This document shows, one piece after another, positions 8,592 to 18,837 of a stretch of DNA of 64,000 nucleotides. How positions within the stretch are numbered: the stretch's first letter is position 1; every line of letters starts with the position of its first letter. The stretch lies in contig CAWHWQ010000005.1 of the NCBI GenBank assembly GCA_963833095.1, positions 352,001 through 416,000 on the forward strand, in the 5' to 3' direction. The position numbers and the translations under genes were made by a program. The DNA comes from Vulcanimicrobiota bacterium. Its GTDB lineage: Bacteria > Vulcanimicrobiota > Vulcanimicrobiia > Vulcanimicrobiales > Vulcanimicrobiaceae. Under the pieces are notes generated by a model that saw only the letters and a program-made list of their open reading frames with translations, was not told where the DNA came from and did no database searches.

Positions 8592-9131
8592 GTGCCCAAT
8601 CAACCCGTCAGTCCGATGCCCGAACTGATCTGGCTGCGCAAAATGATCGTGGAGCGTGCGCTGACACGCGGCGACTACGTGCTTTCGGGCGGCGTTCGCA
8701 GCGACTACTATATCGACAAGTTTCGGCTGTTCTCGGATCCCCAGGTGTTGCGGCGCATCGCACGGCTGTTTGTTCCGCTCATCACCGAGGTCAATCCCGA
8801 TCTCATCGCCGGAACGGAACTCGGCGGTGTGGTGATCTCGACAGCGGTTTCGCAGATGTCCGGGCTTCCGCTGATCGCTGTTCGCAAATCACCCAAAGGC
8901 TACGGTGCGTTCGCCGACGAGTACGTCGAGGGCCCGTATGAAACCGGTCAGCGTGTCCTATTGCTCGAAGACGTCGTGACCTCGGGTCGCGAGTTGTTAG
9001 CGTCCACGGCGCGGCTCGAAGAACTGGGCCTGCACGTTACACCCTGCGCGGTCGTGAGTCGCGGCCTGGCGCCGGTACGCGCGCTGATTCAGTTCTCGCT
9101 TCCCCGCGGCGAAGCTAAGACAGAGAACTAA
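8592..9131 (+). CDS. pyrE: Orotate phosphoribosyltransferase
   Basis: 'YVLSGG..SDYYID', 'VRK..KGYG' and the PRPP motif 'VLLLEDVVTSG'; start is GTG 8592 or ATG 8616. Confidence 0.85.
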   Translation: MPNQPVSPMPELIWLRKMIVERALTRGDYVLSGGVRSDYYIDKFRLFSDPQVLRRIARLFVPLITEVNPDLIAGTELGGVVISTAVSQMSGLPLIAVRKSPKGYGAFADEYVEGPYETGQRVLLLEDVVTSGRELLASTARLEELGLHVTPCAVVSRGLAPVRALIQFSLPRGEAKTEN

Positions 9132-9469
9132 GCTTCTCGTTCGCTCCGAGCGGCAGGCGAGTTCCCGCCGTGCAGCTGCCCGAATGTTCGGGCGAGCATC
9201 ACGCCCATGATGAGTGCGCCCAACCCCGCCGCGAGAACGCAATCCGTCGAACGTAGGTCGAAGTTTCCGACACGGCAGACGAGGACGTAACCGACCGCAA
9301 CGTTGAGGAAACCCCAAAGCACGTTGACCGTCGAAGAAGAGAGGCCCTTACCCGGCGGTTTCGCAAACGGGCTTTGAAAGGCATGACCCATCAAGCCGCT
9401 TACAACGTGGGGAATGCCGTTTGTTAGGAACGCGCCGCCGAAAAAGTATGCGACATACACAAGCCACAC
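9128..9469 (-). CDS. Small hypothetical membrane protein
   Basis: About three hydrophobic segments; conserved-looking 'NGIPH..SG..G..FQSPFAKPPG.G.SS...NVLWG'. Confidence 0.75.
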   Translation of the reverse strand: MWLVYVAYFFGGAFLTNGIPHVVSGLMGHAFQSPFAKPPGKGLSSSTVNVLWGFLNVAVGYVLVCRVGNFDLRSTDCVLAAGLGALIMGVMLARTFGQLHGGNSPAARSEREA

Positions 9470-9485
9470 TGTTGAAAGGTCCCCT

Positions 9486-10262
9486 TTAAATCGTTAGTTC
9501 GGTTCCATCGTCGGCGATGGCGCAAGGGCCGTGGTAGACGCTGCGCGCCGCGTCTTCTAATTCGCCCGGCGCGAATTCCGTACCGTAATGCGTGAGCACG
9601 AGCCGGCGAGCGCCGGCGCGCTGAGCCATCTCACCGGCTTCCACCGCTGAAAGATGGCCGCGCATGGGGCCGGTTTCAACGGAAAGTCCAAGCGCGGCTT
9701 CGCAAAGAAAGATGCTGCAGCCGCGCGCGAGATCTTCGACCCGCTCGCACGGCGCTGTGTCGCTCGAATAGCAGACGCTCGCGCCGTCGCGCTCGACGCG
9801 AACAGCATAGGCGTCGATGTAGTGAATGGTCTTCGCGAAGGTCACCGAGAGACGCCCAACCTCCAGCGTTTTGTTCGGATCGTACTCCGCAACCTCGAAG
9901 ACCTCGTCGAGAAAATCGTTCGGCCCTTCGCTCGAAAATGTCGCGGCGAAGGCGCGCAGTTGCCCCTCTCCTCCCGGTGGCAGCCAGATCGGCATACGAT
10001 CGTCGCGAAGCAGCGGTCCATACTTGAGACCATAGCGCAGCGGAATCAGATCGAGGAAGTGATCGGCGTGCATGTGGGTGATCACGATCCCGTCGAGATC
10101 CGGGTAGTCCATCACGATCCGAAGGTTCGCGAGCGCGCCCGTGCCCATATCGAGCAATAGGTTCGTCCCGCGTGCACGAATGAGATGGCAACTGCACGCC
10201 CGCCCGGGGCGAGGAACCGAGGCACTCGAGCCGACGACGCGCACGCGCATCGCCGCTGCCAT
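9486..10262 (-). CDS. MBL-fold metallo-hydrolase (RNase Z / cyclic phosphodiesterase-like)
   Basis: THMHADH, YSSDT, CEA, GHL and LTHY motifs; TAATG coupling to bcp. Confidence 0.88.
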   Translation of the reverse strand: MAAAMRVRVVGSSASVPRPGRACSCHLIRARGTNLLLDMGTGALANLRIVMDYPDLDGIVITHMHADHFLDLIPLRYGLKYGPLLRDDRMPIWLPPGGEGQLRAFAATFSSEGPNDFLDEVFEVAEYDPNKTLEVGRLSVTFAKTIHYIDAYAVRVERDGASVCYSSDTAPCERVEDLARGCSIFLCEAALGLSVETGPMRGHLSAVEAGEMAQRAGARRLVLTHYGTEFAPGELEDAARSVYHGPCAIADDGTELTI

Positions 10263-10678
10263 TACGGTAGCGATGCGAGCACCTCATCGGCGTGATCGTC
10301 GACTTTGACTTTCGGCCAGACCTTGACGATCACACCCGTTCCATCGATCAAAAATGTCGCACGCGTCGTGACCCCGAGCGCAGTGTAAAGGCGAGAGTCG
10401 GTATCCGAAAGCAACATGAACGGGATCCCAAACTTCGCCTTGAATTTTTCGTGGGACGCGGGCGTGTCTCGGCTGACGCCGACGATGCGCGCACCCTTCT
10501 TCTGGAATTTTGGGTAGAGATCGCGAAACTGCGAGGCCTCGCTGGTACAGCCCGGTGTATCGTCCTTGGGATAGAAATACAGCACGAGCGGCCCGCCAAG
10601 CAGATCGGCCAGCTTCACGGGCTTACCTGCGTCATCGGCGACGGTGAGGTGTGGGAGCTTATCGCCTTGGGCCAGCAT
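10262..10678 (-). CDS. bcp: Peroxiredoxin, Bcp/PrxQ family
   Basis: 'LYFYPKDDTPGCTSEA'; start at MLAQGDK after AAAGGA. Confidence 0.9.
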   Translation of the reverse strand: MLAQGDKLPHLTVADDAGKPVKLADLLGGPLVLYFYPKDDTPGCTSEASQFRDLYPKFQKKGARIVGVSRDTPASHEKFKAKFGIPFMLLSDTDSRLYTALGVTTRATFLIDGTGVIVKVWPKVKVDDHADEVLASLP

Positions 10679-10688
10679 TGCCGTCCTT

Positions 10689-12608
10689 TCAATTCGCATC
10701 GCTGAATTGGTCGAGCGGGACCATAAATAACAAGCGGTCGCCCGGTCTGACGTCCTGATCAAACTTGTGTACCGGAACGGCAACCCCTTTGCCGGCGCCC
10801 TGCTCGCGCCACACGTAAAGTGGAATCCAACGTACTTTGTATCCCGGCCGTTCCGGCGGAGCCGGGGGTGGGGCGTTTTCGGCACCCTGAAAGCGCTCGG
10901 CGAGCTGGAAAACGCGCGCGAACGGCCGGCCGGCAAAGATCGCAAATCGTCCGCGCGTACTCTCGAAGCGGGCGAGTCCGGCGATCGTCGGGGCCGTGAG
11001 TTCCGTGGTCGAAAACGAGGCGATTCCGAAGTGCCGCTTGATAGACGCTCCGAACGCGAGGTCATCGATCCGTAAGACCACGTGCATGTCAGATCGCGCG
11101 TGCTCACGCGTGCGGGTTCGCGCGCCGAGCGCGACTTCGAGGTTGGCAGTGTCGCTGTTTGTGACACCCACCAGCGCCTTGGCGCGCTCGGGCGAGCAAT
11201 AGGCGATGGTCTCGTCATTGGTCGCGTCACCGGTAAGAAGGTCGATCTTACGATCGCGAGCGAGCTCGATCAGAATCGCGTCGGGGTTGCGCTCCACGAC
11301 AACGACGTCTTCGCCCAGCTCTCGCAGATAATCGATGACGAGCGAACCGACATTGCCGGCGCCGCAGACGATCACATGACCGGCGCGGTGAATGCGCCGC
11401 AACCCGCGCGTACGGCGTAGCGTCGCTGCGTTGAGCGCCGAGGTGACTGTTGCCGTGAAGACCGCGAAGATCGTCACGCCGACGAGCATGGTGGCCATCG
11501 CTACGAGCAACGACAACGCTTGCCACGGAGGGATGTTCTGGGTCGCACAGTTCGCGCACGGTGTAATGTCGCCATAGCCCACGGTCGTCATCGTCGTCAT
11601 CACGAAATACAACGCGACGATCGGATTGATATGCAGAGCGATGGCGAAATAGATCGAGAAGACCAAATACATCACGAGGGCGACGCCGAAGACCGTACGT
11701 AAAATAGGCTCGGTTCGCTTGAGCGCGACGCGCACATCGCGCATACTCGCTCCCATCCGGCTACGCCACGAGGTTTCGCGTTTGCGCTCGCCTTGCGGCC
11801 ACGTGCGCTTGATATTCGCAATCGGGCCGAAAACGCAGACCCGCGCGTCCTCGGGAATCGGCGCGGCGAGCGTGTCGCCGTCGGCGCGATCCTCGTCGCC
11901 GTGGCAAATATACGGCGGGTTCCCGTCGATTGCCACGATACGCGCGCGCAGATGCTCCTCTGCGGCGATCACATCGAGCCCGTCGATGCCGAACTGCGCA
12001 GCGTCACGTTCGCAAAATCCGAAGAGTCCGCCGGGGGCATGTTGATCGGACTCCTGCTGATCGTGACGATGCACCGCTTTCGCGACCAGCGTTTCGAGCG
12101 TCGGAAACGGCAGCGCGTAGAAGCATGACGCATCGACCGCCGACGCGGCATAGGTTGCGGCCGCGTGCGCGGCCGGGGAGATCGCGGTGCAGTTATACTT
12201 CAACCCCTCTTGGATCTTGTGACCCAGCACGGGATTGAATTGGCGAATCGTTACGCGAGTGCGCTCGTTGATGTCGCGTGCAATCAGAGCGACGCGCAGG
12301 TTCAACCGGTCGTCTTGCGATACCGCGACGATGCAGAAATTCGGCTGCTCCGCTCGCGAGCCGGCCGGTTCGAGGCCCGCCTCACGCAGGCTTGCGGATT
12401 CTGCCGGGTCAAGGGCGTAATGGAAGAACGTCCCGGGAAACTCCGCGCGAAATTTCGCGACGGTTTGGGCGAGCAGATTCGCTGCCCGCTCCTCCTCGTG
12501 CTTCCAGACCAGGGCAACGCGCTGCCCAGCCGTCTTTAAAATCTCGCGGCAGATTTCGTAGGCCAGGTAGTCACCGCCGACGACGATAATGAGCGTCTCG
12601 GTCGCCAT
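10689..12608 (-). CDS. Potassium channel with RCK (TrkA_N) domains on both sides of the pore
   Basis: Filter 'TTMTTVGYGDI'; N-terminal RCK-like 'IIVVGGD..A' and C-terminal RCK 'VIVCGAGNVG...GDAT'. Confidence 0.88.
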   Translation of the reverse strand: MATETLIIVVGGDYLAYEICREILKTAGQRVALVWKHEEERAANLLAQTVAKFRAEFPGTFFHYALDPAESASLREAGLEPAGSRAEQPNFCIVAVSQDDRLNLRVALIARDINERTRVTIRQFNPVLGHKIQEGLKYNCTAISPAAHAAATYAASAVDASCFYALPFPTLETLVAKAVHRHDQQESDQHAPGGLFGFCERDAAQFGIDGLDVIAAEEHLRARIVAIDGNPPYICHGDEDRADGDTLAAPIPEDARVCVFGPIANIKRTWPQGERKRETSWRSRMGASMRDVRVALKRTEPILRTVFGVALVMYLVFSIYFAIALHINPIVALYFVMTTMTTVGYGDITPCANCATQNIPPWQALSLLVAMATMLVGVTIFAVFTATVTSALNAATLRRTRGLRRIHRAGHVIVCGAGNVGSLVIDYLRELGEDVVVVERNPDAILIELARDRKIDLLTGDATNDETIAYCSPERAKALVGVTNSDTANLEVALGARTRTREHARSDMHVVLRIDDLAFGASIKRHFGIASFSTTELTAPTIAGLARFESTRGRFAIFAGRPFARVFQLAERFQGAENAPPPAPPERPGYKVRWIPLYVWREQGAGKGVAVPVHKFDQDVRPGDRLLFMVPLDQFSDAN

Positions 12609-12610
12609 AG

Positions 12611-13174
12611 ATGTCACCCGTTTCGCCAGAGCCTGCCCGCCGCCCGCCGCATCCCCTCGCACTCGACCTCATCGAGCGCCTGGCGGACCGCCCCGGCGCG
12701 CGCGTGCTCGAAGTGGGGGCGGGAAGCGGACGCAACACACGCGCGCTGGAGACCGCGGGATTCGCGGTCTGTACGCTACCGCTGCAGGAGGCGTGCGCGG
12801 CGGGACTTACGACCCATGCATTGCTCCATGGGACGCCGCAATCCATCAGCGACCGACTGTCCGCAATCGCGCACGCGCTCGAACCCGGCGCCCCGCTCTT
12901 TGCGACGTTCGGATCCGTTCGCGATGCGCGGTACGGCGTAGGTGAAGCGCATGAAGCGCACGTCTACGCGTCGCGTGAAGGCGACGAGATCGGCATCGCG
13001 CATGCGTATTTCGACCGGGAACGCTTGCGCGCGCTCCTCGCGCCCCATTTCACCATTGAGTCGATGCGCGAAGTCGACGTCGACGAGGTCGCCGGGACGT
13101 GGGCGCACACGAGCGCACCGCTACGCGGCGCAGTGCATTGGTTCGTCGTCGCGACCGCGCGACTCTGTCAATAG
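12611..13174 (+). CDS. Class I SAM-dependent methyltransferase
   Basis: Motif I 'RVLEVGAGSGRN'; 'LEPGAPLFATF'. Start uncertain. Confidence 0.75.
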   Translation: MSPVSPEPARRPPHPLALDLIERLADRPGARVLEVGAGSGRNTRALETAGFAVCTLPLQEACAAGLTTHALLHGTPQSISDRLSAIAHALEPGAPLFATFGSVRDARYGVGEAHEAHVYASREGDEIGIAHAYFDRERLRALLAPHFTIESMREVDVDEVAGTWAHTSAPLRGAVHWFVVATARLCQ

Positions 13175-13488
13175 CGCGCGAGCGTCGGCTCGATGTGCTC
13201 CGCGTAGGCGTCGATGCCGCCTGCCACATTGACGACGTTCGAAAAGCCGCGCGCAGCGAGGAATCCGGCGACGCGCTCGCTCCGGCCGCCATGATGACAC
13301 ATGACGGCGATCGGAACCCCCGGATCGAGCTCACCGATGCGATGCGGAATTTCGGCCAGAGGAATCCAAACCGAACCGCCGACGCGCGCGGTAGCGACTT
13401 CATCGGGCTCGCGCACATCGAGCAGCACGAAGTCCTTGCCTTGGTCGCGCCAGTTCGCCAGATCGTGCACGCTGATCTCCGGAATCAT
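13168..13488 (-). CDS. Single-domain rhodanese (sulfurtransferase)
   Basis: 'LLDVREPDE', active-site loop 'CHHGGRS', 'NVAGGIDAY'. Confidence 0.9.
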   Translation of the reverse strand: MIPEISVHDLANWRDQGKDFVLLDVREPDEVATARVGGSVWIPLAEIPHRIGELDPGVPIAVMCHHGGRSERVAGFLAARGFSNVVNVAGGIDAYAEHIEPTLARY

Positions 13489-14273
13489 GCGCCTTTGGTT
13501 CCGATCAGATCGCGCATCGGACTTGAAGCATTCGCGTAGAGCCGCTTTTCCATTCGTCCCGCGAGGAACGCCTCGCGCCCGGCGATAACCGCGTGGCGCA
13601 TAGCACTCGCCATGCGCACGGGATCCTTGGCGGCGGCGATACCCGTGTTCATCAGCAGCGCATCGACGCCAAGCTCCATCGCGATCGCCGCGTCGCTTGC
13701 GGTGCCGACGCCCGCGTCGACGATCACCGGTACCTTTGCACGTTCCTTGATGATCGCAATCGTGTAGGGATTGCAGACACCCAGGCCGCTACCGATGGGC
13801 GCGGCCAGCGGCATCACGGCGGCGCAGCCCAGTTCCTCGAGTTGCTTGCAAACCACCGGATCGTCTCCGACGTACGGAAGAACCGTAAACCCGTCATTGA
13901 CGAGTTGCTCGGCGGCGTCGAGCGTACCGCGCGCATCGGGGTGAAGGGTCTGCGCGTCACCGATCACCTCGAGTTTGATGAGATCGGTCTCGAGCAGCTC
14001 CCGCGCGAGCTGAGCGGTCAGCACTGCATCTTTCGCGTTGTAGCACCCGGCGGTATTGGGAAGAATGCGAAACTTCGAGCGATCGATGAAATCCAACATC
14101 GTTTTCCCGCTGGCATCGTCGAGACTGATCCGGCGGATCGCAACGGTGATCATCTGCGCGCCGCTGGCTTCGTGGGCCGCCTGCATGACCTCCATCGAGG
14201 GATATTTCCCCGTCCCAACGATCAGTCGCGACGTGAACTCGTAGGCACCGATTCGCAAAATAGCATCACTCAT
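13485..14273 (-). CDS. thiG: Thiazole synthase
   Basis: '[10 protein letters not shown]', 'LPNTAGC', 'IKLEVIGD', '[10 protein letters not shown]', '[10 protein letters not shown]'. Confidence 0.97.
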   Translation of the reverse strand: MSDAILRIGAYEFTSRLIVGTGKYPSMEVMQAAHEASGAQMITVAIRRISLDDASGKTMLDFIDRSKFRILPNTAGCYNAKDAVLTAQLARELLETDLIKLEVIGDAQTLHPDARGTLDAAEQLVNDGFTVLPYVGDDPVVCKQLEELGCAAVMPLAAPIGSGLGVCNPYTIAIIKERAKVPVIVDAGVGTASDAAIAMELGVDALLMNTGIAAAKDPVRMASAMRHAVIAGREAFLAGRMEKRLYANASSPMRDLIGTKGA

Positions 14274-14284
14274 GTTCGTGCCCT

Positions 14285-14485
14285 TTACCCACCAGCGACC
14301 GCTTTGATGATCTCGACCGTGTCGCCGTCAGCGATTTCGATCGCGTCGTATTCGCCGCGCCGAACCACGCGATCGTTCTTTGCAACCGCGATTCCTGAGC
14401 GCAGAACCCCCAACCGTTCGAGCAAGCTCGACACGGTTGTACCGCTGGGAAGGTCGCACGACTCGCCATTGACCGTCGCTTTCAC
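14285..14485 (-). CDS. thiS: Sulfur carrier protein ThiS
   Basis: 66 aa, MKATVNGE...EIIKAVAGG, with C-terminal GG; lies between thiO and thiG. Confidence 0.93.
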   Translation of the reverse strand: MKATVNGESCDLPSGTTVSSLLERLGVLRSGIAVAKNDRVVRRGEYDAIEIADGDTVEIIKAVAGG

Positions 14486-15624
14486 GCATGGATGATTCGG
14501 CCCGCACTCCCCGCCATCCTCAAGGGCGAGAACGCTTGTAACGGCGTTGCGTCGCCGGTTTCGACAAAACTCGCAATCATCTCGGCGGTTTCGGGAGCTA
14601 GCAGAATGCCGTTGCGGTAGTGACCGGTCGCGAGCAACAAGCCCTCGATTGTGGTGGGGCCGATGAACGGACGCCCGTCTGGGGTCCCAGGTCGTAGCCC
14701 CGCCCACGATTCGGTGACCGTAAAAGCCCCAAGCGACGGTGCTGCGGCGAGCGCGGCATCCAGAAGCGCGCGAACGGCGTTCGCGGTCACGCGCTCATCG
14801 AATCCCGCATCCTCGACGGTCGCACCCACCAGCAGCCTGCCGTCGTCACGCGGCACCAGGTAGGCGCCGGGAACCCACGTGGCGCGCCGCAGGAGCCCGG
14901 CCGGTGCTCCCAGCGCCAGCATCTGGCCCTTGACGGGCTTGACCGGGGGCCGGGCTGATGCCGGAAGACCGGGCACGTTCGCCGCCCAGGCGCCCGCTGC
15001 GTTGATCACGACCGAAGCGGATGCAAAGCCGAGTTCGCTGCGCACCCCCAGAACGCGCCGCTCATCACACTCCACGCCGAGCTCGCCAACCGGCGCGTGC
15101 ACGACGACCCCGCGCGAACGCGCGGCGGCGAGCAGGGCTCGGCCCAGCCGGCGATTATCGACGCATCCCTGGCCCTGCACCAGGAGTGCGCCGGCGACGT
15201 GTTTGCCAAGCACCGGTTCCGCGATCAGCGACGCGCGACGATCGAGCATCTCGCACGGAACGCCGCGCGTCGTGAGCTCGCGCGCGAACGCTTCGAACGC
15301 GGCAAGCTGTTGCGCGTCAAACGCCGCTTCGATGATGCCGTCCAGCGAAAGCTCGACACGTAAGCCGCTCGCTTCGCTCACGCGCTCGACAAACGCCGGA
15401 TAGCGTTCGAGTGAACGGCAGCATAATTCCAACAACGCTTCGTCATCGATGTGCTCGGCATACGGCGCGAGCATACCCGCACCGGCCCAAGACGCCCCGT
15501 GTCCGGGCTCACCGCGATCGTAGACGCGCACCGTCGCACCGCGTTGCGCGAGCTCGAAGGCGATCGACAGGCCGATCAGTCCGCCGCCGACGACGATAAC
15601 ATCGCCATCGAGTAGATGCTTCAC
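14482..15624 (-). CDS. thiO: Glycine oxidase ThiO
   Basis: 'VIVVGGGLIG', 'ASWAGAGML', 'PVKGQ', 'WAGLRP', 'GHYRNGILLAP'; the GTG start overlaps the ETF-QO stop. Confidence 0.92.
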   Translation of the reverse strand: MKHLLDGDVIVVGGGLIGLSIAFELAQRGATVRVYDRGEPGHGASWAGAGMLAPYAEHIDDEALLELCCRSLERYPAFVERVSEASGLRVELSLDGIIEAAFDAQQLAAFEAFARELTTRGVPCEMLDRRASLIAEPVLGKHVAGALLVQGQGCVDNRRLGRALLAAARSRGVVVHAPVGELGVECDERRVLGVRSELGFASASVVINAAGAWAANVPGLPASARPPVKPVKGQMLALGAPAGLLRRATWVPGAYLVPRDDGRLLVGATVEDAGFDERVTANAVRALLDAALAAAPSLGAFTVTESWAGLRPGTPDGRPFIGPTTIEGLLLATGHYRNGILLAPETAEMIASFVETGDATPLQAFSPLRMAGSAGRIIHA

Positions 15625-17285
15625 TACATACCCGTGTAGACGGGGCCTTCGCCGCCTTGCGGCGGTACCCAGGTGATGATCTGATACGGGTCCGCGATAT
15701 CGCACGTCTTACAATGCACGCAGTTGGTGAAGTTGATCTGCAATCGTCCATGCACCGCGCCTTCGTCGCCGTCTTTTTCGAACATCGGCTCGTACACGGC
15801 GGCGGGACAGAAGTACGCGCACGGATTTCCGTATTCGACCGTGCAGCGGTCGCGACAGATGTTGGTGTCGGCCACGTGGAGATGGCTGGGCTGATTCTCT
15901 TCGTGGACCGCGCCGGAGTTATACACGTCGGTGAGCTTGTCGAAGGTCAACACGTTGTCGATCTTGGCGCGCGGCGTCTCTTTGGGACGATAGCCGGCCT
16001 TCACCATATTCTCGTAGCCGGGCTTGGACGGCAATTTGTCGATGAAACCGAACGCGCGCCCGCCCGTGTAGCTCGCCAGACCCGCGTTGAACATACCGGC
16101 CCACATCCCGTGTTCGAAGCCTTGGTGGAAGTTGCGCGCGCTGCGCATCTCGTCGTACGCCCACGAGTCGCGGAAGCGCTGTTCGTAGACCGAGAGCTGT
16201 TGGGCATCGAATTTTCGCGCTTGCAGCGCGTCCCACGCCGTGTCGGCGGCCATCATGCCGGATTTCATCGCGAGGTGCACGCCCTTAAGCCGCATCCCGT
16301 TGAGGAATCCCGCCGAATCACCGGCGATCATCAGTCCGTCCGAATACGGACGAATCATCGCGAAGAGTCCGCCTTCAGGAATCGCCTTTGCACCGTAACG
16401 AATCAGCTTCGCGCCCTCGAGCATCTTGCGGATCTCGGGATGTTCTTTCATGCGCTGTAACTCGTTGTGCGGGTCGGTCGTTGGGTTTTTGTAATCGAGC
16501 CCGGTGACATGACCGATATCGAGCACGCGGTCTTTCATTCCATAGATGAAACCGCCGCCAAAGGTTTCGGGCGGGAGCGGATAACCGAGGGTGTGTATTA
16601 CCGTGCCCGCGGGGAAACGATCGTCGGGTAACTGCCACAGTTCCTTAACGCCGGCGGCGTAAACTTGCGGCTCCTTGCCGTCGTCGAGTCCGAGGCGCGG
16701 AATTGCCTGCTTGGCAAGCGTACCGCGCGGGCCTTCACCCAACACCACGATCTTTGCGAGAAGATCGGCGCCGGGCTCGAAGTTCGCTTTTGGCTTGCCG
16801 TCGTGATCGACGCCCTTGTCACCGGTGCGCACACCGATAACGCGATCGCCGTCCCACAACAATTCTTGTCCGGGAAATTCACCGAACACTTGCACGCCAA
16901 GCTCCTCGGCCTGCGCCGCCATCCACTTGGTGAGGCGTTGGAGCGAGGAAACGAATTTACCGTGGTTGTTGAGGGGCGGCGGCGTGAACGGCGCCTTGAT
17001 CTTGCCGCCCTTGGTCAGAAACCAGAGTTCGTCGCGACCAACCGGCGCATCGACCGGCGCACCGCGCTCGAGCCAATCGGGAAGCAGCTCGGTAATTGCA
17101 CGGGGGTCGAGCACAAGCCCGGAGATCCCATGGTTGCCGATTTCCGCTGCCTTTTCGATCACCAGGATCTCGAGCTCGCGACCGGCCTCTTGTGCCAGCT
17201 GTCCGAGTCGAATCGCCCCGGCCAGCGAGGCTGGCCCTGCCCCCACGAAGAGCACGTCGACTTCTAATTGATCACGCTGCGCCAT
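15624..17285 (-). CDS. Electron-transfer flavoprotein:quinone oxidoreductase
   Basis: 'DVLFVGAGPA', 'GVKELW', 'KGVHLAMKSG' and C-terminal Fe-S 'CPAAVYE...NCVHCKTCDI'. Confidence 0.94.
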   Translation of the reverse strand: MAQRDQLEVDVLFVGAGPASLAGAIRLGQLAQEAGRELEILVIEKAAEIGNHGISGLVLDPRAITELLPDWLERGAPVDAPVGRDELWFLTKGGKIKAPFTPPPLNNHGKFVSSLQRLTKWMAAQAEELGVQVFGEFPGQELLWDGDRVIGVRTGDKGVDHDGKPKANFEPGADLLAKIVVLGEGPRGTLAKQAIPRLGLDDGKEPQVYAAGVKELWQLPDDRFPAGTVIHTLGYPLPPETFGGGFIYGMKDRVLDIGHVTGLDYKNPTTDPHNELQRMKEHPEIRKMLEGAKLIRYGAKAIPEGGLFAMIRPYSDGLMIAGDSAGFLNGMRLKGVHLAMKSGMMAADTAWDALQARKFDAQQLSVYEQRFRDSWAYDEMRSARNFHQGFEHGMWAGMFNAGLASYTGGRAFGFIDKLPSKPGYENMVKAGYRPKETPRAKIDNVLTFDKLTDVYNSGAVHEENQPSHLHVADTNICRDRCTVEYGNPCAYFCPAAVYEPMFEKDGDEGAVHGRLQINFTNCVHCKTCDIADPYQIITWVPPQGGEGPVYTGM

Positions 17286-17386
17286 GGCGGACCTGTTCGA
17301 GCTTCTTTAAATCGATCATTTCACGATAGTCTGAGAAACCGCATGCTGGTCCTCCCCTAGCCGCAGCGAGGCACTGACGTGAATGT

Positions 17387-18007
17387 ATGGGCATGAGTCT
17401 CGCACAAGCCGTGGGCCGCGGCTTTCGCTTGCTGTATCAGCCACGAGCCGAATTTCTCGCGGCTCTTCAAGAATCTGATGGCACATCAGATATTGCCCTG
17501 CGATTCCTTGCGCCGTGGCTGGCAGCAACCGCAGCCTTCTACGCCGTCCAAACGTCGTTCCGAGCAGGCTTCATAAACTTCGTGCTCGACCTCGCGGTCA
17601 CGTTCATCGCCGCTTGGGCCCTGATGCTGTTCTCTCGGGCTCTGAGCTCGCCGATCGATTTTCGCTCGGCGTTCCGCATCAACGCGTACACTGCACCGGC
17701 GGCGTTTGCCACAACCGTCCTCTGCGTGGTTCTGGCGAAGTTTTCCGCTCTCATCGCTCTCGCTGGTTTCGTATATGGGATCTACGTCATGTACATCGGC
17801 TGCAAGGTCACGATGCCGCGCGGCGGCGCCGTTGCAACTCGCGCCACCGCTGGAACGCTCTGCGTCGGCTTCGTAGCCTCGCTAGTCCTCGTAATGTTCA
17901 TGGGCGGATCGCCCGGCGGCGGGGGCGGCGAAATGCTCAGCCCCGACACAATTGCGCGCGAGCACATTCAATTCCGTGAAATGATGCACGACGCGCACAT
18001 GCGCTAA
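17387..18007 (+). CDS. Yip1-family membrane protein
   Basis: 'LLYQPRAEF' N-terminus, about five TM segments, 'AY..P' and 'YGIYVMYIG'. Confidence 0.65.
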   Translation: MGMSLAQAVGRGFRLLYQPRAEFLAALQESDGTSDIALRFLAPWLAATAAFYAVQTSFRAGFINFVLDLAVTFIAAWALMLFSRALSSPIDFRSAFRINAYTAPAAFATTVLCVVLAKFSALIALAGFVYGIYVMYIGCKVTMPRGGAVATRATAGTLCVGFVASLVLVMFMGGSPGGGGGEMLSPDTIAREHIQFREMMHDAHMR

Positions 18008-18711
18008 AGGAGTGTCAGCGCAAGCCGCACCGCTGCGACGTGAGTCGCAACGCGTGTAGCGAACGGGAGTACGGCCGACGGCGTCTCTAGCGTGAGCCCA
18101 AGCCGCGCCGCGTTGCGCACGAGCAACTGTGTGAGCGTTCTGCCGCCGATCTTTTCGGCTTCTGTGTCGGGATCGGGTGTGAGGACGTCGCGAGGATCGA
18201 TCGGTGTGCCGCCGCTTGCAAGCACGTCCACAATTTGCCGCCCGATTCCGGCTCCGCCGTATTCGTAACAGTAGAAGCCGCTGGCCTCATCGTCTTCGTG
18301 CAGATCGATGGCAAGTTCGAATTTGCGATCGCGATTGGCAGTAATGATCGCGCGCGCCTCCGGCGATGAGCCGCCTCGCCCAAACGTCCGATTGACATCG
18401 ACGCCGTCGATGCTCTCGCGGGTGCGCGCATCGTAACCGCTCGGATTCGTGCAGGGCCACAAACGGTACGAAAAGCGCGGATCGAGTTCGTCGTTCTCGA
18501 GCAGCGCGAGCAATGCGTGCGGACCGGCGGCCTCATCGCCGTGAACGCCCGCCGCGATGTGGATACCTGGAAGCCGATAGTCGCCGTACTCCGCGCATAA
18601 CAACGTGCGCGGCGCACCGACGCACGCCACTTCGCGAACGCGCACGTCTTTCGCGCGTAGCGCCTTCCAGCGCCGCACAATATCTTGGTAGGTGGGCTCT
18701 TGTACCGTCAT
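18004..18711 (-). CDS. M14-like / succinylglutamate desuccinylase-aspartoacylase family metallopeptidase
   Basis: 'AGVHGDE', 'NPSG', 'DVNRTF', 'IDLHED', 'TLETP'; start at 18711 or 18726. Confidence 0.85.
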   Translation of the reverse strand: MTVQEPTYQDIVRRWKALRAKDVRVREVACVGAPRTLLCAEYGDYRLPGIHIAAGVHGDEAAGPHALLALLENDELDPRFSYRLWPCTNPSGYDARTRESIDGVDVNRTFGRGGSSPEARAIITANRDRKFELAIDLHEDDEASGFYCYEYGGAGIGRQIVDVLASGGTPIDPRDVLTPDPDTEAEKIGGRTLTQLLVRNAARLGLTLETPSAVLPFATRVATHVAAVRLALTLL

Positions 18712-18837
18712 AAACATCCCATCCATGAAAATCCAAAACGGGGCGATGGGTTCCGCCGGCGTAGGCCTGGCGGCGATGGCCCGAGGATCATTTAGCCGGA
18801 AGGCCGACGTCGCGCACCGCGGAACAACGGCGACACC

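Noticed and set aside
17300..17386. TPP riboswitch upstream of the ETF-QO/thi genes (CTGAGA at 17331)
   Set aside because: The motif is on the wrong strand for the thi genes and the other TPP core elements are missing.
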